A DNA stretch of 31,993 nucleotides, taken from IMG/VR virus record IMGVR_UViG_3300025038_000006; one strand, 5' to 3'. Position 1 is the stretch's first letter, and the number at the start of each line of letters is the position of its first letter. The notes under the pieces were generated by a model. That model saw nothing but the letters and a program-made list of their open reading frames with translations. It was not told the DNA's origin and did no database searches. The DNA comes from an uncultured virus (IMG/VR IMGVR_UViG_3300025038_000006) (taxonomy: Duplodnaviria; Heunggongvirae; Uroviricota; Caudoviricetes). The position numbers and the translations under genes are program-made. Positions 7,480-16,744 of this stretch are shown here, in pieces.

Positions 7480-8115
7480 ATGACAAACAAGGCAATCGAT
7501 TTATTTTGGTATAACGACAGTAAGGCTCACAGCCCTTTTACTGAATATGAGATCAGGAAAAACGTGGAAACCGGTAAGTACCTAGTTAAATACTGGAACT
7601 ATAACGAGGTTACTCCAACTCATGAAAAAGCAGTTGAGCCGCCGCAAACTGCAACTGGATTTATCAGCCTTTATGGTGCTAAAAATTGGGCACAAAATCA
7701 TTTTGAGGAGAAACTACAAAATTGGTTCAAAGCCCCAACTGAGCGTGAATTATTAACTACTAGCATACAAAGTCTTGTTGATGCATGCCACTCACGAGCG
7801 GCAGCAAATGGCTGGTGGACTGATTTATCAACTGGCGAACCCCTGGCTCGCAACAAAGGCGAGATGATGATGCTAATAGTCAGTGAGATTGCTGAAGCAA
7901 TGGAAGGTCACCGCAAAGGCCTGAAAGATGATCACCTGCCAGCCTACGGTATGGAAGATGTCGAATTTGCTGACGCTCTTATTCGTATATTTGATTATGC
8001 CGGTGGGCACAACCTGGAATTGGCCAACGCGTTCGTTGATAAGCTTGATTATAACGATAATCGCGTTGATCACAAAATTGAGAGCCGTAAAAAAGACGGC
8101 GGTAAGAAATACTAG
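7480..8115 (+). CDS. Phage protein with C-terminal MazG-like (all-alpha NTP pyrophosphohydrolase) domain
   Basis: LIVSEIAEAMEGHRK...EDVEFADALIRIFD gives the ExxE...ExxD acidic motif; N-terminal half unassigned. Confidence 0.8.
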   Translation: MTNKAIDLFWYNDSKAHSPFTEYEIRKNVETGKYLVKYWNYNEVTPTHEKAVEPPQTATGFISLYGAKNWAQNHFEEKLQNWFKAPTERELLTTSIQSLVDACHSRAAANGWWTDLSTGEPLARNKGEMMMLIVSEIAEAMEGHRKGLKDDHLPAYGMEDVEFADALIRIFDYAGGHNLELANAFVDKLDYNDNRVDHKIESRKKDGGKKY

Positions 8116-8139
8116 AGCACATGCAAAGGAGTTAGTAAT

Positions 8140-8343
8140 ATGAGCGGAATCTACTATACTACAGCACAAATTAAAGAAATATTTTGCTGGGAGTCTAATA
8201 CAACAATTTATCGCAAAATGGAAAGCGGCTTTTTACCTGAGCCTGATTTGAAGGGCCGCCCTAACAAATGGCTAAAATCAAAGATTGATGATATCATTAA
8301 TGAGCAGTCGGCTTCAGTTGGCAGCGAAGAAAATGGGGCTTAA
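8140..8343 (+). CDS. AlpA-family excisionase / recombination directionality factor
   Basis: 67 aa with TTIYRKMESGFLPEP...RPNKW.KS.ID pattern; adjacent to the att site; RBS aaggag. Confidence 0.8.
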   Translation: MSGIYYTTAQIKEIFCWESNTTIYRKMESGFLPEPDLKGRPNKWLKSKIDDIINEQSASVGSEENGA

Positions 8344-8386
8344 TGCCTCGTTTTCACCTTTAAATTAAGGTGACTTTTTGTAATAA

Positions 8387-8480
8387 CGGTATTGCGTGCG
8401 GTATTTTAGCTTTCCAAATTACTCAATCCCTTGTAAATCATATCTTGTAGCTTATAGTGTGTGTCCTCGTGGGCACACCA
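8387..8480 (+). other. Prophage attachment site (attR): arm-type repeats plus duplicated tRNA 3' end
   Basis: GTCCTCGTGGGCACACCA (8463-8480) parses as T-stem 3' strand CCTCG, acceptor strand TGGGCAC, discriminator A and CCA; direct repeat CGGTATT at 8387 and 8399; no upstream tRNA body. Confidence 0.7.
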
Positions 8481-8530
8481 CTTACTGTATTTTAGTATTA
8501 TTCTTTAACAAGCTACCTTTTATCTAAACG

Positions 8531-8571
8531 AAAGGGCCGTAAAAACACTAAGTATTTTTACGGCCCTTTTT
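8531..8571. terminator. Bidirectional terminator
   Basis: aaagggccgtaaaaa / tttttacggcccttt inverted repeat between convergent units. Confidence 0.85.
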
Positions 8572-8591
8572 ATTTAAATGCAATCAATTGC

Positions 8592-8717
8592 TTAGTGGCA
8601 GTGATATACACCAGTTTTACTATTAGTATGGCAGCCAGCTGCATCTGTACCGCCACTATGCGCAACGGCAGTGGTAGCTAATGTTGCTGAAACCAAGATG
8701 AATAATAACTTTTTCAT
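8592..8717 (-). CDS. YHYH-type small secreted peptide (41 aa; absent from the ORF track)
   Basis: MKKLLFILVSATLATTAVAHSGGTDAAGCHTNSKTGVYHCH; signal peptide ending in AVA; HSGGTD..GCH...TG.YHCH motif; RBS aagga. Confidence 0.85.
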   Translation of the reverse strand: MKKLLFILVSATLATTAVAHSGGTDAAGCHTNSKTGVYHCH

Positions 8718-8838
8718 AGAGGATTCCTTTTAATTTATACGAAATAGAAATTGATGAGTAGAAATTGTAATATATAAGTCCTATCCATCACATATTAGAA
8801 TACTTTAATAGTTTTTAAACTTCAATATATAAGTAATA

Positions 8839-9216
8839 CTACTTATTCATAAGACGAAGAAATTGTGGGTTTTTCACTTGTATCTGCATATTATTTTTAT
8901 ACTCCTCCACTGTACCACGCACACAAAAACGCTTACCTACATAACCATCGATTTTGCCAAAGCGCTCCTCGAACCAGCGATAATCTCTGTCCCAAACTAA
9001 GATAGTAAGGGTTTGATTAGGATAACGCTTGTCAAGATTTAGATAATGTCTATTAGACAGATGCTTAACCTCTGCTAAATTGCCACATGCCATAACAGAC
9101 TTCCCCACATGAAATGGTGCTTTATAAGCTTCAATCTTAGGCTCTGCTGCATTGGCAGTTATCGCCGATACACTTAATAAGATAGTACTGAACCCTAATA
9201 CTAATTTCTTAATCAT
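8839..9216 (-). CDS. Secreted OB-fold (nucleic-acid-binding-like) protein
   Basis: Signal peptide ending in ANA; H.G...CG...V...YLNL...YPNQ..TI.VW...Y.G...C..GT...YK...QI...P pattern shared with 9601-9933. Confidence 0.75.
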   Translation of the reverse strand: MIKKLVLGFSTILLSVSAITANAAEPKIEAYKAPFHVGKSVMACGNLAEVKHLSNRHYLNLDKRYPNQTLTILVWDRDYRWFEERFGKIDGYVGKRFCVRGTVEEYKNNMQIQVKNPQFLRLMNK

Positions 9217-9248
9217 AAATATCTCCGAACTACTTAACTTATAATTCT

Positions 9249-9587
9249 TTAACTTGAGTATATCATTCTAAAAAATAGAACAATACAAATGGCCAATGCT
9301 ACAATTAAAGTCAATGACTTTACTATCTGTTTTGAGGTGAGGTATTCATTACTCATTTTTTCTACTGCTTTTTGTTTGAGTTTTTCCTTATCAAGTTTTA
9401 ATTTAGCATCTAGTTGTCTTATTCGCTTTCTTTCTAAATCGAGAGCCATTCTTTCTAGCTTTATGGCTTCTCTTTGCTGCTCAGCTTCTTGCTCTAATCG
9501 TTTATTTTTCGCTACTAATTCATCTTGCTCATAAATAATACCGACTAAAATCAAAATAACAAAAAGACCTAGTAAGAACTCTCCCAT
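9249..9587 (-). CDS. Membrane protein: TM - coiled coil - TM
   Basis: Hydrophobic N- and C-terminal segments flank a Lys/Glu/Arg-rich helix. Confidence 0.75.
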   Translation of the reverse strand: MGEFLLGLFVILILVGIIYEQDELVAKNKRLEQEAEQQREAIKLERMALDLERKRIRQLDAKLKLDKEKLKQKAVEKMSNEYLTSKQIVKSLTLIVALAICIVLFFRMIYSS

Positions 9588-9600
9588 GTATTACACCCTA

Positions 9601-11121
9601 TTATAGTAATTGACTTGGAGAAGCTAACTTGATTTGAGGGGTGCCTTTATAAGAATCTATAGTCCCTTTAATGCAAACATCCTGACCTTCATACTGGTAA
9701 ATATTCCCAAAATTATTTGCATCAGATTCCCATATAACAATAGTGGCATTTTGGTTGGGATAAGTTGCCCCTAGATTTAAGTATGTCCCTTTACTAAAGT
9801 CTTTAACTTGTACTATATTACCGCATACCACGCGATAAGACCCAATATGCTTATAAGCCTGTGAAGCAGGTACGCTATTTGACATAACAGACTCATAGCT
9901 GCTTAATTCAGGCTCTTGATAACTAGGAGACACTTCTTCAATCTTAGCAGGCTATACAGACTTGGGTTCATCTCCAGACTTTTTATAGACAGCTGATTGT
10001 GATTGAATGGAATCTATACTCTGTTCTGGCTGAGCAGCCGGATTGCTTGCTGGAGTATCTGCAACTTCATTTGTAGCAGCAACGTTCTCTTGTAGCACCC
10101 CTTCATTATTTAATTCAGAACCATTCAGAGCCTCTTCTCCTTCATAATCAGTTGGCTCACTTGAAACACTAGCTAATGTCATTGGCTCAATAACATCATC
10201 TTGTTCATCAGATTTACTAAAGAAGGCATTAGCGCCAAACGCTATTATAATAAGCGCGACCGACCCAATAGCAATCATATGACTGAGCGTTACTTTTGTT
10301 TGAGATAGTGCGGTAGGCTCTCCTTTAGGGATAGATGGCGTGAAACTAGTATTTCTCGAACCAACCATGCGCGGATAATCAACCTCTAAGTTAGATGGCT
10401 TTAGGTTCTGTGATAATCCGTTGACTACTAACGGTTCCTTGTTACCATTTGTCTGCTCTACCTTATCTTGTAATGCAGCAATGGTTGCCTTTAGCTCAGC
10501 AATATCTTCTTTAGTAATGATATCTATTGGCTTCTGACTTTGATGCTGAGCTTTTATAGCTTCCTGTTCTGCTTTGGTGCGCTTGGCTTGCTCAGCTTGG
10601 AACTTTTTAGCCTGCTGTTCTTCTTTCTTCTTTTGCTCTGCTAGTTGTTGTTCATACCAAGCCAACTGATTTTGATATTCCTTAAAACGCTTGGCTGTTT
10701 GCTCTTTGGTTACCTTAGCACTTAATTGATTAGTGTTTTGTAGATGTAAAGTATGACGAATCTCCTTAATAATACCTTGAGGATCAAGTTCCATCTTTTT
10801 ATTGGTATATCTAAGCAGAACTCCGTATATTTTTACTAAATCATTCTGCCTCTTGAGCATGTCGTCAAATTCACGATAAGTTTTGACCTTCCAATACCCA
10901 TCTAATTCTATAGGTAGCAAATAGCCTTTTGATTTATTCTCAATCATAAAGTCAATGTATCTATTTCCACCATTGGAATCTGTAAAATGATACTGCGCAA
11001 CGACATCTTCAGGCTTAATCTCTGGTACTTGCGCTAAAATACATCTCACAAATTGCTCTTCATATCCTGCGACATGCTCAAGCTCTTTTTTATTAGCGTA
11101 TATCCACTCTTCCCAACTCAT
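9601..11121 (-). pseudogene. DUF559/Vsr-like nuclease - coiled coil - TM - OB-fold fusion interrupted by one in-frame TAG at 9952-9954
   Basis: N-terminal QY...YIDF...IELDG...D...RQN.L....LLRY motif; TM HMIAIGSVALIIIAFGANAFF; ORFs 9952..11121 and 9601..9933 share a frame and read ...KSV*PAKIEEVSPSYQ... Confidence 0.7.
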
Positions 11122-11259
11122 CTATCTACTCCAGTTCAATTAATGCTACATCTAGCACATGGCCGAAATTCTACTCTATTTGTAATTTTTCTGTAAGATA
11201 CTGAAATAAATAAATATTAGATACATTCGTACAAACTTAATATCGGATTTTAAACTAAT

Positions 11260-11290
11260 AAAAAACCCTCCAAGTTAAGCTTGAAGGGCT
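11260..11290 (-). terminator. Probable terminator
   Basis: A tract plus ccctccaag/cttgaaggg. Confidence 0.55.
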
Positions 11291-11498
11291 ATCACTGATA
11301 CTTAAAAAAGAAAATCAACTTACTGATTAACACAGTTTATCTTTAACAAATTACTCCTGGACGAACTACCGAATATTCCTCGGTATTTGCTTTTTTCATC
11401 TAATTCATCATCTTTATAGAGGTTGTGTTAAAAATAGGGTGTTTATAACACTTTATGTCGTAGCTTTCGAATAACAACAACATTTCAAAGTCAATTTA

Positions 11499-11884
11499 TC
11501 ACTTTAAGCAAGTTTGATTAATCTCTTCTCCTGTTATGACTTCGTCTGTTTCTTCGTAGTCTTCAGGTTTATCATAATTATATTTAATCTCAAACTTTCC
11601 ATCTGGGTATAGAGTAAAGGTTAAGCCCCATATTTTATCACCTGTTAATTTCAACATATTATCTTTAAGTGAAGTAATTAGATTCATTAGAGAAATCAAA
11701 TCATCAAATTCTAGTGAATGATAGGATTCAACTTCATTCAAATAAGAAACTATAATCAATCCACTTAAATCCGAACCTAGTATATTTGTAGATAATTTAA
11801 TGTAATCACAACCTCTATTTTGGTACTGTATTAAGATATCACCTATTAGAGAGTACAATACAATGCCTCGATATCTTCTGTCAT
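11499..11884 (-). pseudogene. DUF600/YezG-like immunity protein, frameshifted near the N terminus
   Basis: C-terminal W.LTFTLYPDGKFEIKYNYD motif; ATG at 11884 (MTEDIEALY) with gaaaggg RBS is shifted out of frame by a 5-bp tandem duplication (TACAA x2, 11854-11863). Confidence 0.6.
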
Positions 11885-12067
11885 AGCCCTTTCTCTTGAT
11901 TACTTATTTTACTTGGCGCCCAACCTGTCGATAACTCTCCGTTTGAACTGTTGCATAATTTGCGACAGTTGCTTGTTACTCTAATTCGCTTTCTTTAAAA
12001 ACATTATAAATATGCTTACCAATTGTTTTAATATCTCTCTCAAAAAGCTTTGCCCTAAATTACTAAT

Positions 12068-12101
12068 AAAAAAAGCCATTACTTAAAGTATGGCTTTCTT
12101 T
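12068..12101 (-). terminator. Terminator of the carboxypeptidase gene
   Basis: A tract plus aaagccat/atggcttt. Confidence 0.7.
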
Positions 12102-12127
12102 GTTTCAAAAGACGAGTAAGAAACTAA

Positions 12128-13267
12128 CTAACGTAGCTCATCCACAACAGCAAGCATAGCCACAAGTGAAGCCTCGCCAAACTTAATTGAACGCTCAGGC
12201 GACCATCCTGTGTCTTTATTTGGCAAGTTATCATTGTCCTTAAAGGGCATCTCTAAAGTATTCGCAAGGCAATCAAAGCGTTCAGCAATCGCATTAGTTG
12301 CTACCGTCATATTGGCCTGACCTGGGGCATCAAGCTCATAACCAAACTCTGTTTGGAAGTCTGCACTAGCTAGAAGCAATGCCTCTGCAAACTTCTCACG
12401 CAAACTAGCCAAACGCTCGCTATAGTTTGGCGTACCCTGCGAGCCTGCCAAGAACACATAGGGCAATGCTTCATCACCGTGTACGTCATAGAATAAGTCT
12501 ACGCCAGTTTGGTCCATCTTCTTCATAACGTGGAATACTTCAGGGCTTTTGTCCAAGCTTGGGCTTTCCCACTCACGGTTTAAGTTAGTACCCACAGCAT
12601 TGGTACGTAAGTGTCCTCGTGCACTGCCATCAGGATTCATATTGGGTACAATATATAAGTTCGCTTTTTCAAGTAAACGCTTACCTGTAGGATTAGTCTC
12701 ATCTAGTAAGCTATATAACAGGCCTTCAATTAGCCATTCGGCCATTGTTTCCCCTGGATGCTGGCGGGCTATAATCCAAATATTAGGCTTAGCTGTATCT
12801 GAGTTACTCTCCTCATCACTCACTTTAACCAAGGTCAAATCACGTTTGTCTAACGTTTCACCTAAATGCTCTAGTGTCACTAGCGGATGGAGTTGAACCG
12901 CTGCTAATAAGTCTTGATGACGCTCATAGCTATATGGTGCAAAGTAGGCAATCTGAATGGTATCGCATTCCAACTCGACCTCTATGCTCAGCTTACCGTC
13001 TTTGTAAGTCGTGGGCAGACGAAACCAATTATCACGGTCGTAAGAAGCAACCGCTTGGTAGTCATTCCAACCTTCAACGTAAGAGGCTTCGCCAGCATTG
13101 ACGATATTTAGCACATACTGCTCACCTACTTCACCGCTCAAGCGAAAGTTAAACCATTGGAAAAACTCATCACCAAAGTCGGGACGAATTTTCAATTGAA
13201 TATCTTGTTTATTATCTAAACTTATAACTTCGATATTACCGGCATCAAAATTGGCAGTGATATGCAT
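12128..13267 (-). CDS. M14 cytosolic zinc carboxypeptidase (Nna1/CCP-like)
   Basis: FDAGNI, QWFNF, AYFAPYSY, ARQHPGE, NPDG, NLNREW, DVHGDE and TLEMPF motifs. Confidence 0.92.
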   Translation of the reverse strand: MHITANFDAGNIEVISLDNKQDIQLKIRPDFGDEFFQWFNFRLSGEVGEQYVLNIVNAGEASYVEGWNDYQAVASYDRDNWFRLPTTYKDGKLSIEVELECDTIQIAYFAPYSYERHQDLLAAVQLHPLVTLEHLGETLDKRDLTLVKVSDEESNSDTAKPNIWIIARQHPGETMAEWLIEGLLYSLLDETNPTGKRLLEKANLYIVPNMNPDGSARGHLRTNAVGTNLNREWESPSLDKSPEVFHVMKKMDQTGVDLFYDVHGDEALPYVFLAGSQGTPNYSERLASLREKFAEALLLASADFQTEFGYELDAPGQANMTVATNAIAERFDCLANTLEMPFKDNDNLPNKDTGWSPERSIKFGEASLVAMLAVVDELR

Positions 13268-13491
13268 AGCTTTTCCTTATGTTCCTTAATAGCTTTAAGG
13301 AGTAATAATAGTCATATTTTTAAAACACTAAGTCCTACCTAGCACTTAACCTATCCACTCAATAAATATAATGATAAGTATAATCTATCTTTATATGACG
13401 CTAACCTTCACTGAATACAATACGCTATAAGACAGTTAACAAAACAAATGCTCAAGAAACCTAAATCTTGTTATCAACAAGTTATTTTATC

Positions 13492-15672
13492 TTATAGCTT
13501 AGTAGTAAACTCTTTTAGCCTATGACGTAGAGTATCGGGGGCAATAGGCTTATGTAATAGTGATACCCCCATTTTCTGTGTGGCTTTAATGATTTCAGGT
13601 GAGGTATTCCCCGTGAACATCAAACATTGGGGCAAGGACTGTATACCATTTAAAGCCGCCATCATATTGATAGTTTTTAATACCTCCATACCTGTTCTAT
13701 TGTCATCCAATTGATAGTCCGTAATGATTATCTGCGGCTGATGTAAACGATATTGGCTAATGGCTTCGGTCACATTAGAGGCGATTAATACCGTATATCC
13801 CCAAGATTGTAATAACAAATCCATGGAAATTAATACTGAATCCTCATCATCTACTACCAATACTGAAATTATAGCTGCTTCCTCAATTTTAACTGCCTCA
13901 TTTACAATATGAATATCATCCTCACTTTGGCAAATTGTCAGATCGATAGAAAACTGTGTTCCTCGACCAAATTCAGATCTTACATTTATGGGCACATCCA
14001 GTAAGTTTGCCATTCCCTTTGCAATCGACAATCCCAATCCTAACCCTTTATTACTTTGGGTATGAGTTTCTAACTGATGAAAGGAATCAAATACTTTATA
14101 TAACTCATCCATTTTAATGCCTTTGCCTGTGTCCCAAACGCTAACTCGGCACTTACATTTTTCGATATTATTTACCGCATTTTTGCTAGGTGTATAACGC
14201 ACCCCGATTAAGATGCCACCTTTGGTCGTATACCGTATAGCATTACTCAAAAAATTTCTTAAAATTAAGGACAACATTGCTGGATCAGACATTACACACA
14301 AGTTGGTATGATGATAACGTAGCTCTAGACCTTTAAGCTCTGCTTCAGGCCTAAATTCATCAACCAGATTGTGTAAAATAATATCTAAATCTGTCGAAAC
14401 AATATTGGGAATCATTTCGCCCGACTCTAAATGAGCGTAGTCCAAGATAGTGTTTAACATGTCACTACTGGATTTACTAGCTGTTTTAGCATATCCAACA
14501 ATTTTCTTTTGGGTGTCATTAAGCTCAGTTCTAGACAAGGTTTCAATAAATAAACTTAGAGCATGTGCAGGCTGGCGTAAATCATGACTGGCAGAGGCTA
14601 AAAAGTTAGTCTTAGCAGTACTTATCCGCTGTAACTGTTGCGATTTCGCTTCTAATTGAGATACGAGATGGGTATTCTCCAGATAAATCTGAATGGTCTT
14701 GATTGAATTGAGCCAGTTATACTTTGCGAAATAGGAGTGAGTAAATACAAAAATGATAATAACAACAGATAAAACTATCAGTTGCATGTCATCTATATAT
14801 AGCAAAATAGCTGCCCAAGTTAACAGACTTGGTATCGAGAAAGCATTAAATACCTGCCGAAAAATGCCAATACTCGACATAGCACCGCTAATAATTGCAA
14901 AATTCAAACCAATTAAAACAAGCATCTGAACTGAAAATTCAAAATTATTGGTAATCACTTTGACCACACCGATCGCCCATAAACAGCCTAGCAATAACAT
15001 GCAGGTAAATAACACTTTATAGGCGGTATAACTGGCAAGATAATCCGCTTCATGATTCGTTTTAGGTTCGAAATGTAAGTCTTGTAGATCAACGACGGCG
15101 GTAACTGGAGACAATTGATTTGTATTTTGGAGATCACAAATCATCTTGTCGATGTTTTTACAATTAGAGTAACAAAGATAAAGACCCAAATTATGATAGA
15201 AGATCCAAATATAAAACAGCTTAGGTTGAATTTCTATAAGGCCATAGTACTGATTTAAAAAGAAGAATAAGAGGCAACCTATAACATCGGTTATCAGAAA
15301 ATAAGCTGTTAAATAAATAAAGGTGGTTTTTATAAATTTATGGGTTATGTGTGTAGAGCTGGACAAAGCTTTCTTCCATAGACCCCAGCATATTCCTATA
15401 GTCAAGCTATGACAAATGATCCAAGTAGAGTGCAGCGGCATACTAAATAAACTAGGATGTAAAGCAAACTCCATCATAAAAAAGAAAATAAACCCAGTGA
15501 CTAACATCCCACTTAGAAAGTAAGGCAAGACTCGGTTCACGTGTTGAACTTGTTTTGATAATACCCTTTCTGCTGTTTTTTGATTGGTAATAAGTCTATT
15601 TAGGCCTCCTATATCATCCATTATTCTCATGATTACATTAACCTTTAATAGGGAAGTAAGAATAGAAACCAA
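13492..15672 (-). CDS. Hybrid sensor histidine kinase with receiver domain (multi-TM input); start may be the ATG at 15630
   Basis: H box FLASASHDLRQP, N box NFLSNAIRYT, G1 DTGKGI, G2 GLGLGL, C-terminal receiver (VVDDE, ITDYQL, LHKP). Confidence 0.92.
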   Translation of the reverse strand: MVSILTSLLKVNVIMRIMDDIGGLNRLITNQKTAERVLSKQVQHVNRVLPYFLSGMLVTGFIFFFMMEFALHPSLFSMPLHSTWIICHSLTIGICWGLWKKALSSSTHITHKFIKTTFIYLTAYFLITDVIGCLLFFFLNQYYGLIEIQPKLFYIWIFYHNLGLYLCYSNCKNIDKMICDLQNTNQLSPVTAVVDLQDLHFEPKTNHEADYLASYTAYKVLFTCMLLLGCLWAIGVVKVITNNFEFSVQMLVLIGLNFAIISGAMSSIGIFRQVFNAFSIPSLLTWAAILLYIDDMQLIVLSVVIIIFVFTHSYFAKYNWLNSIKTIQIYLENTHLVSQLEAKSQQLQRISTAKTNFLASASHDLRQPAHALSLFIETLSRTELNDTQKKIVGYAKTASKSSSDMLNTILDYAHLESGEMIPNIVSTDLDIILHNLVDEFRPEAELKGLELRYHHTNLCVMSDPAMLSLILRNFLSNAIRYTTKGGILIGVRYTPSKNAVNNIEKCKCRVSVWDTGKGIKMDELYKVFDSFHQLETHTQSNKGLGLGLSIAKGMANLLDVPINVRSEFGRGTQFSIDLTICQSEDDIHIVNEAVKIEEAAIISVLVVDDEDSVLISMDLLLQSWGYTVLIASNVTEAISQYRLHQPQIIITDYQLDDNRTGMEVLKTINMMAALNGIQSLPQCLMFTGNTSPEIIKATQKMGVSLLHKPIAPDTLRHRLKEFTTKL

Positions 15673-15684
15673 TCAGTTATCGAA

Positions 15685-16326
15685 TCAATCAAATTTAGAA
15701 AGATATCCGGCCCGTTGTGCCTCTATAATAATTTGAGTGCGATTATGAACCGAGAAATGGGACATAAGAGTCGCAATGTGATTGCGTACTGTGTGCTCAC
15801 TGATACATAAATGGTCTGCTATTTCCTTATTACTAATGCCTTCAGCAAGCAAGGCCAATACTTCCAATAGTCGGTTACTTAGCATAGGTTTAGGTTCATT
15901 GATAGCGGAACATTCTTCACCATTTCCATTATTAAAAGTTTTTTTCAGGCTTCTCTTTTTGAGTAGAGCTTGAACTGTTTTAATGATGACATCAGGCGCT
16001 GAATCTTTGTTTAGAAAACAACTGGCACCAGATGCTAAAGCGGTATTGATATTTTCATGATAGTTTGAGGCAGAGAGCAACATAATCCGAGCATTGGGCC
16101 AATGCTTTTGAATGATTGACATACCCTCAAGACCATTAATACCTGGCAAACAAATATCGAGCAGTACCACGTCTATGTTTGTACTGACTAAACTTAAATC
16201 GCTAATTTTTTCTATTTCTAAAATATTGGCATCAGTTCTTGGCTCTAGTATGAGTCGAAGTCCTACCCTAAATAGCTCATGATCATCTATGAGAAGGATG
16301 TTTTTCTTATCCGTAGAATTATTCAT
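15685..16326 (-). CDS. NarL/LuxR-family response regulator
   Basis: LIDDHELFRVGL, LLDICLPG and HTH LSNR..EVLALLAEGISNKEIADHLCISEHTVRNH. Confidence 0.95.
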   Translation of the reverse strand: MNNSTDKKNILLIDDHELFRVGLRLILEPRTDANILEIEKISDLSLVSTNIDVVLLDICLPGINGLEGMSIIQKHWPNARIMLLSASNYHENINTALASGASCFLNKDSAPDVIIKTVQALLKKRSLKKTFNNGNGEECSAINEPKPMLSNRLLEVLALLAEGISNKEIADHLCISEHTVRNHIATLMSHFSVHNRTQIIIEAQRAGYLSKFD

Positions 16327-16651
16327 TATAGTTTTTTCACTATTAGCTTATTATTAAAAGAGTGACAACCTAAATTTTCAATTTTTATTAAATATTTACT
16401 TACAAATAAACATCGTTTTGTATAGTTTACATTAACATAATTCATAACATGGTTGACATAGTTTTCGACCAAACTCGAAAATTAAAACAACTTTTGTTAG
16501 TCTCATATTTATTTCTCTTTAATTAACATCAACTTAACAATATTCACTTTTTAAACTGGTACTAGAGCTAATTTTTACTGTGCCTATATCTTCTTTATTC
16601 ACCTCTATCTATTAATAATGACCCTATACATTAATAGCGTAAACGACCCAT

Positions 16652-16684
16652 AAAAAAGCCACATTCCTATCAGAATGTGGCTTT
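16652..16684 (-). terminator. Rho-independent terminator
   Basis: aaaaaagccacattc-ctatca-gaatgtggcttt. Confidence 0.8.
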
Positions 16685-16744
16685 CTAAAGTTTGAAAAAT
16701 CAGTGATTGGCTAAACAATCATTAGCTAGTCAAATAATGGTTAA

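Larger units (their letters stand above)
1..8480 (+). mobile_element. Prophage, right end (immunity-region cargo + early operon + att site); continues beyond the left edge of the window
   Basis: Dense co-oriented short ORFs with overlapping stop/start codons, pL-like promoter with operators, AAA ATPase plus SSB-like pair, MazG-like gene, AlpA-type excisionase, ending at a tRNA-3'-end-like sequence (CCA at 8478-8480). Confidence 0.9.

Noticed and set aside
8400..8480. Complete tRNA gene
   Set aside because: Only the last 18 or so nt look like tRNA; no D arm, anticodon arm or TTCG loop upstream, so treated as an att duplication
267..9534. Antisense or overlapping ORFs 267-476, 4156-4368, 5682-5942, 6882-7136, 7873-8169, 7928-8143, 9289-9534
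   Set aside because: They overlap better-supported genes and show no recognisable motifs
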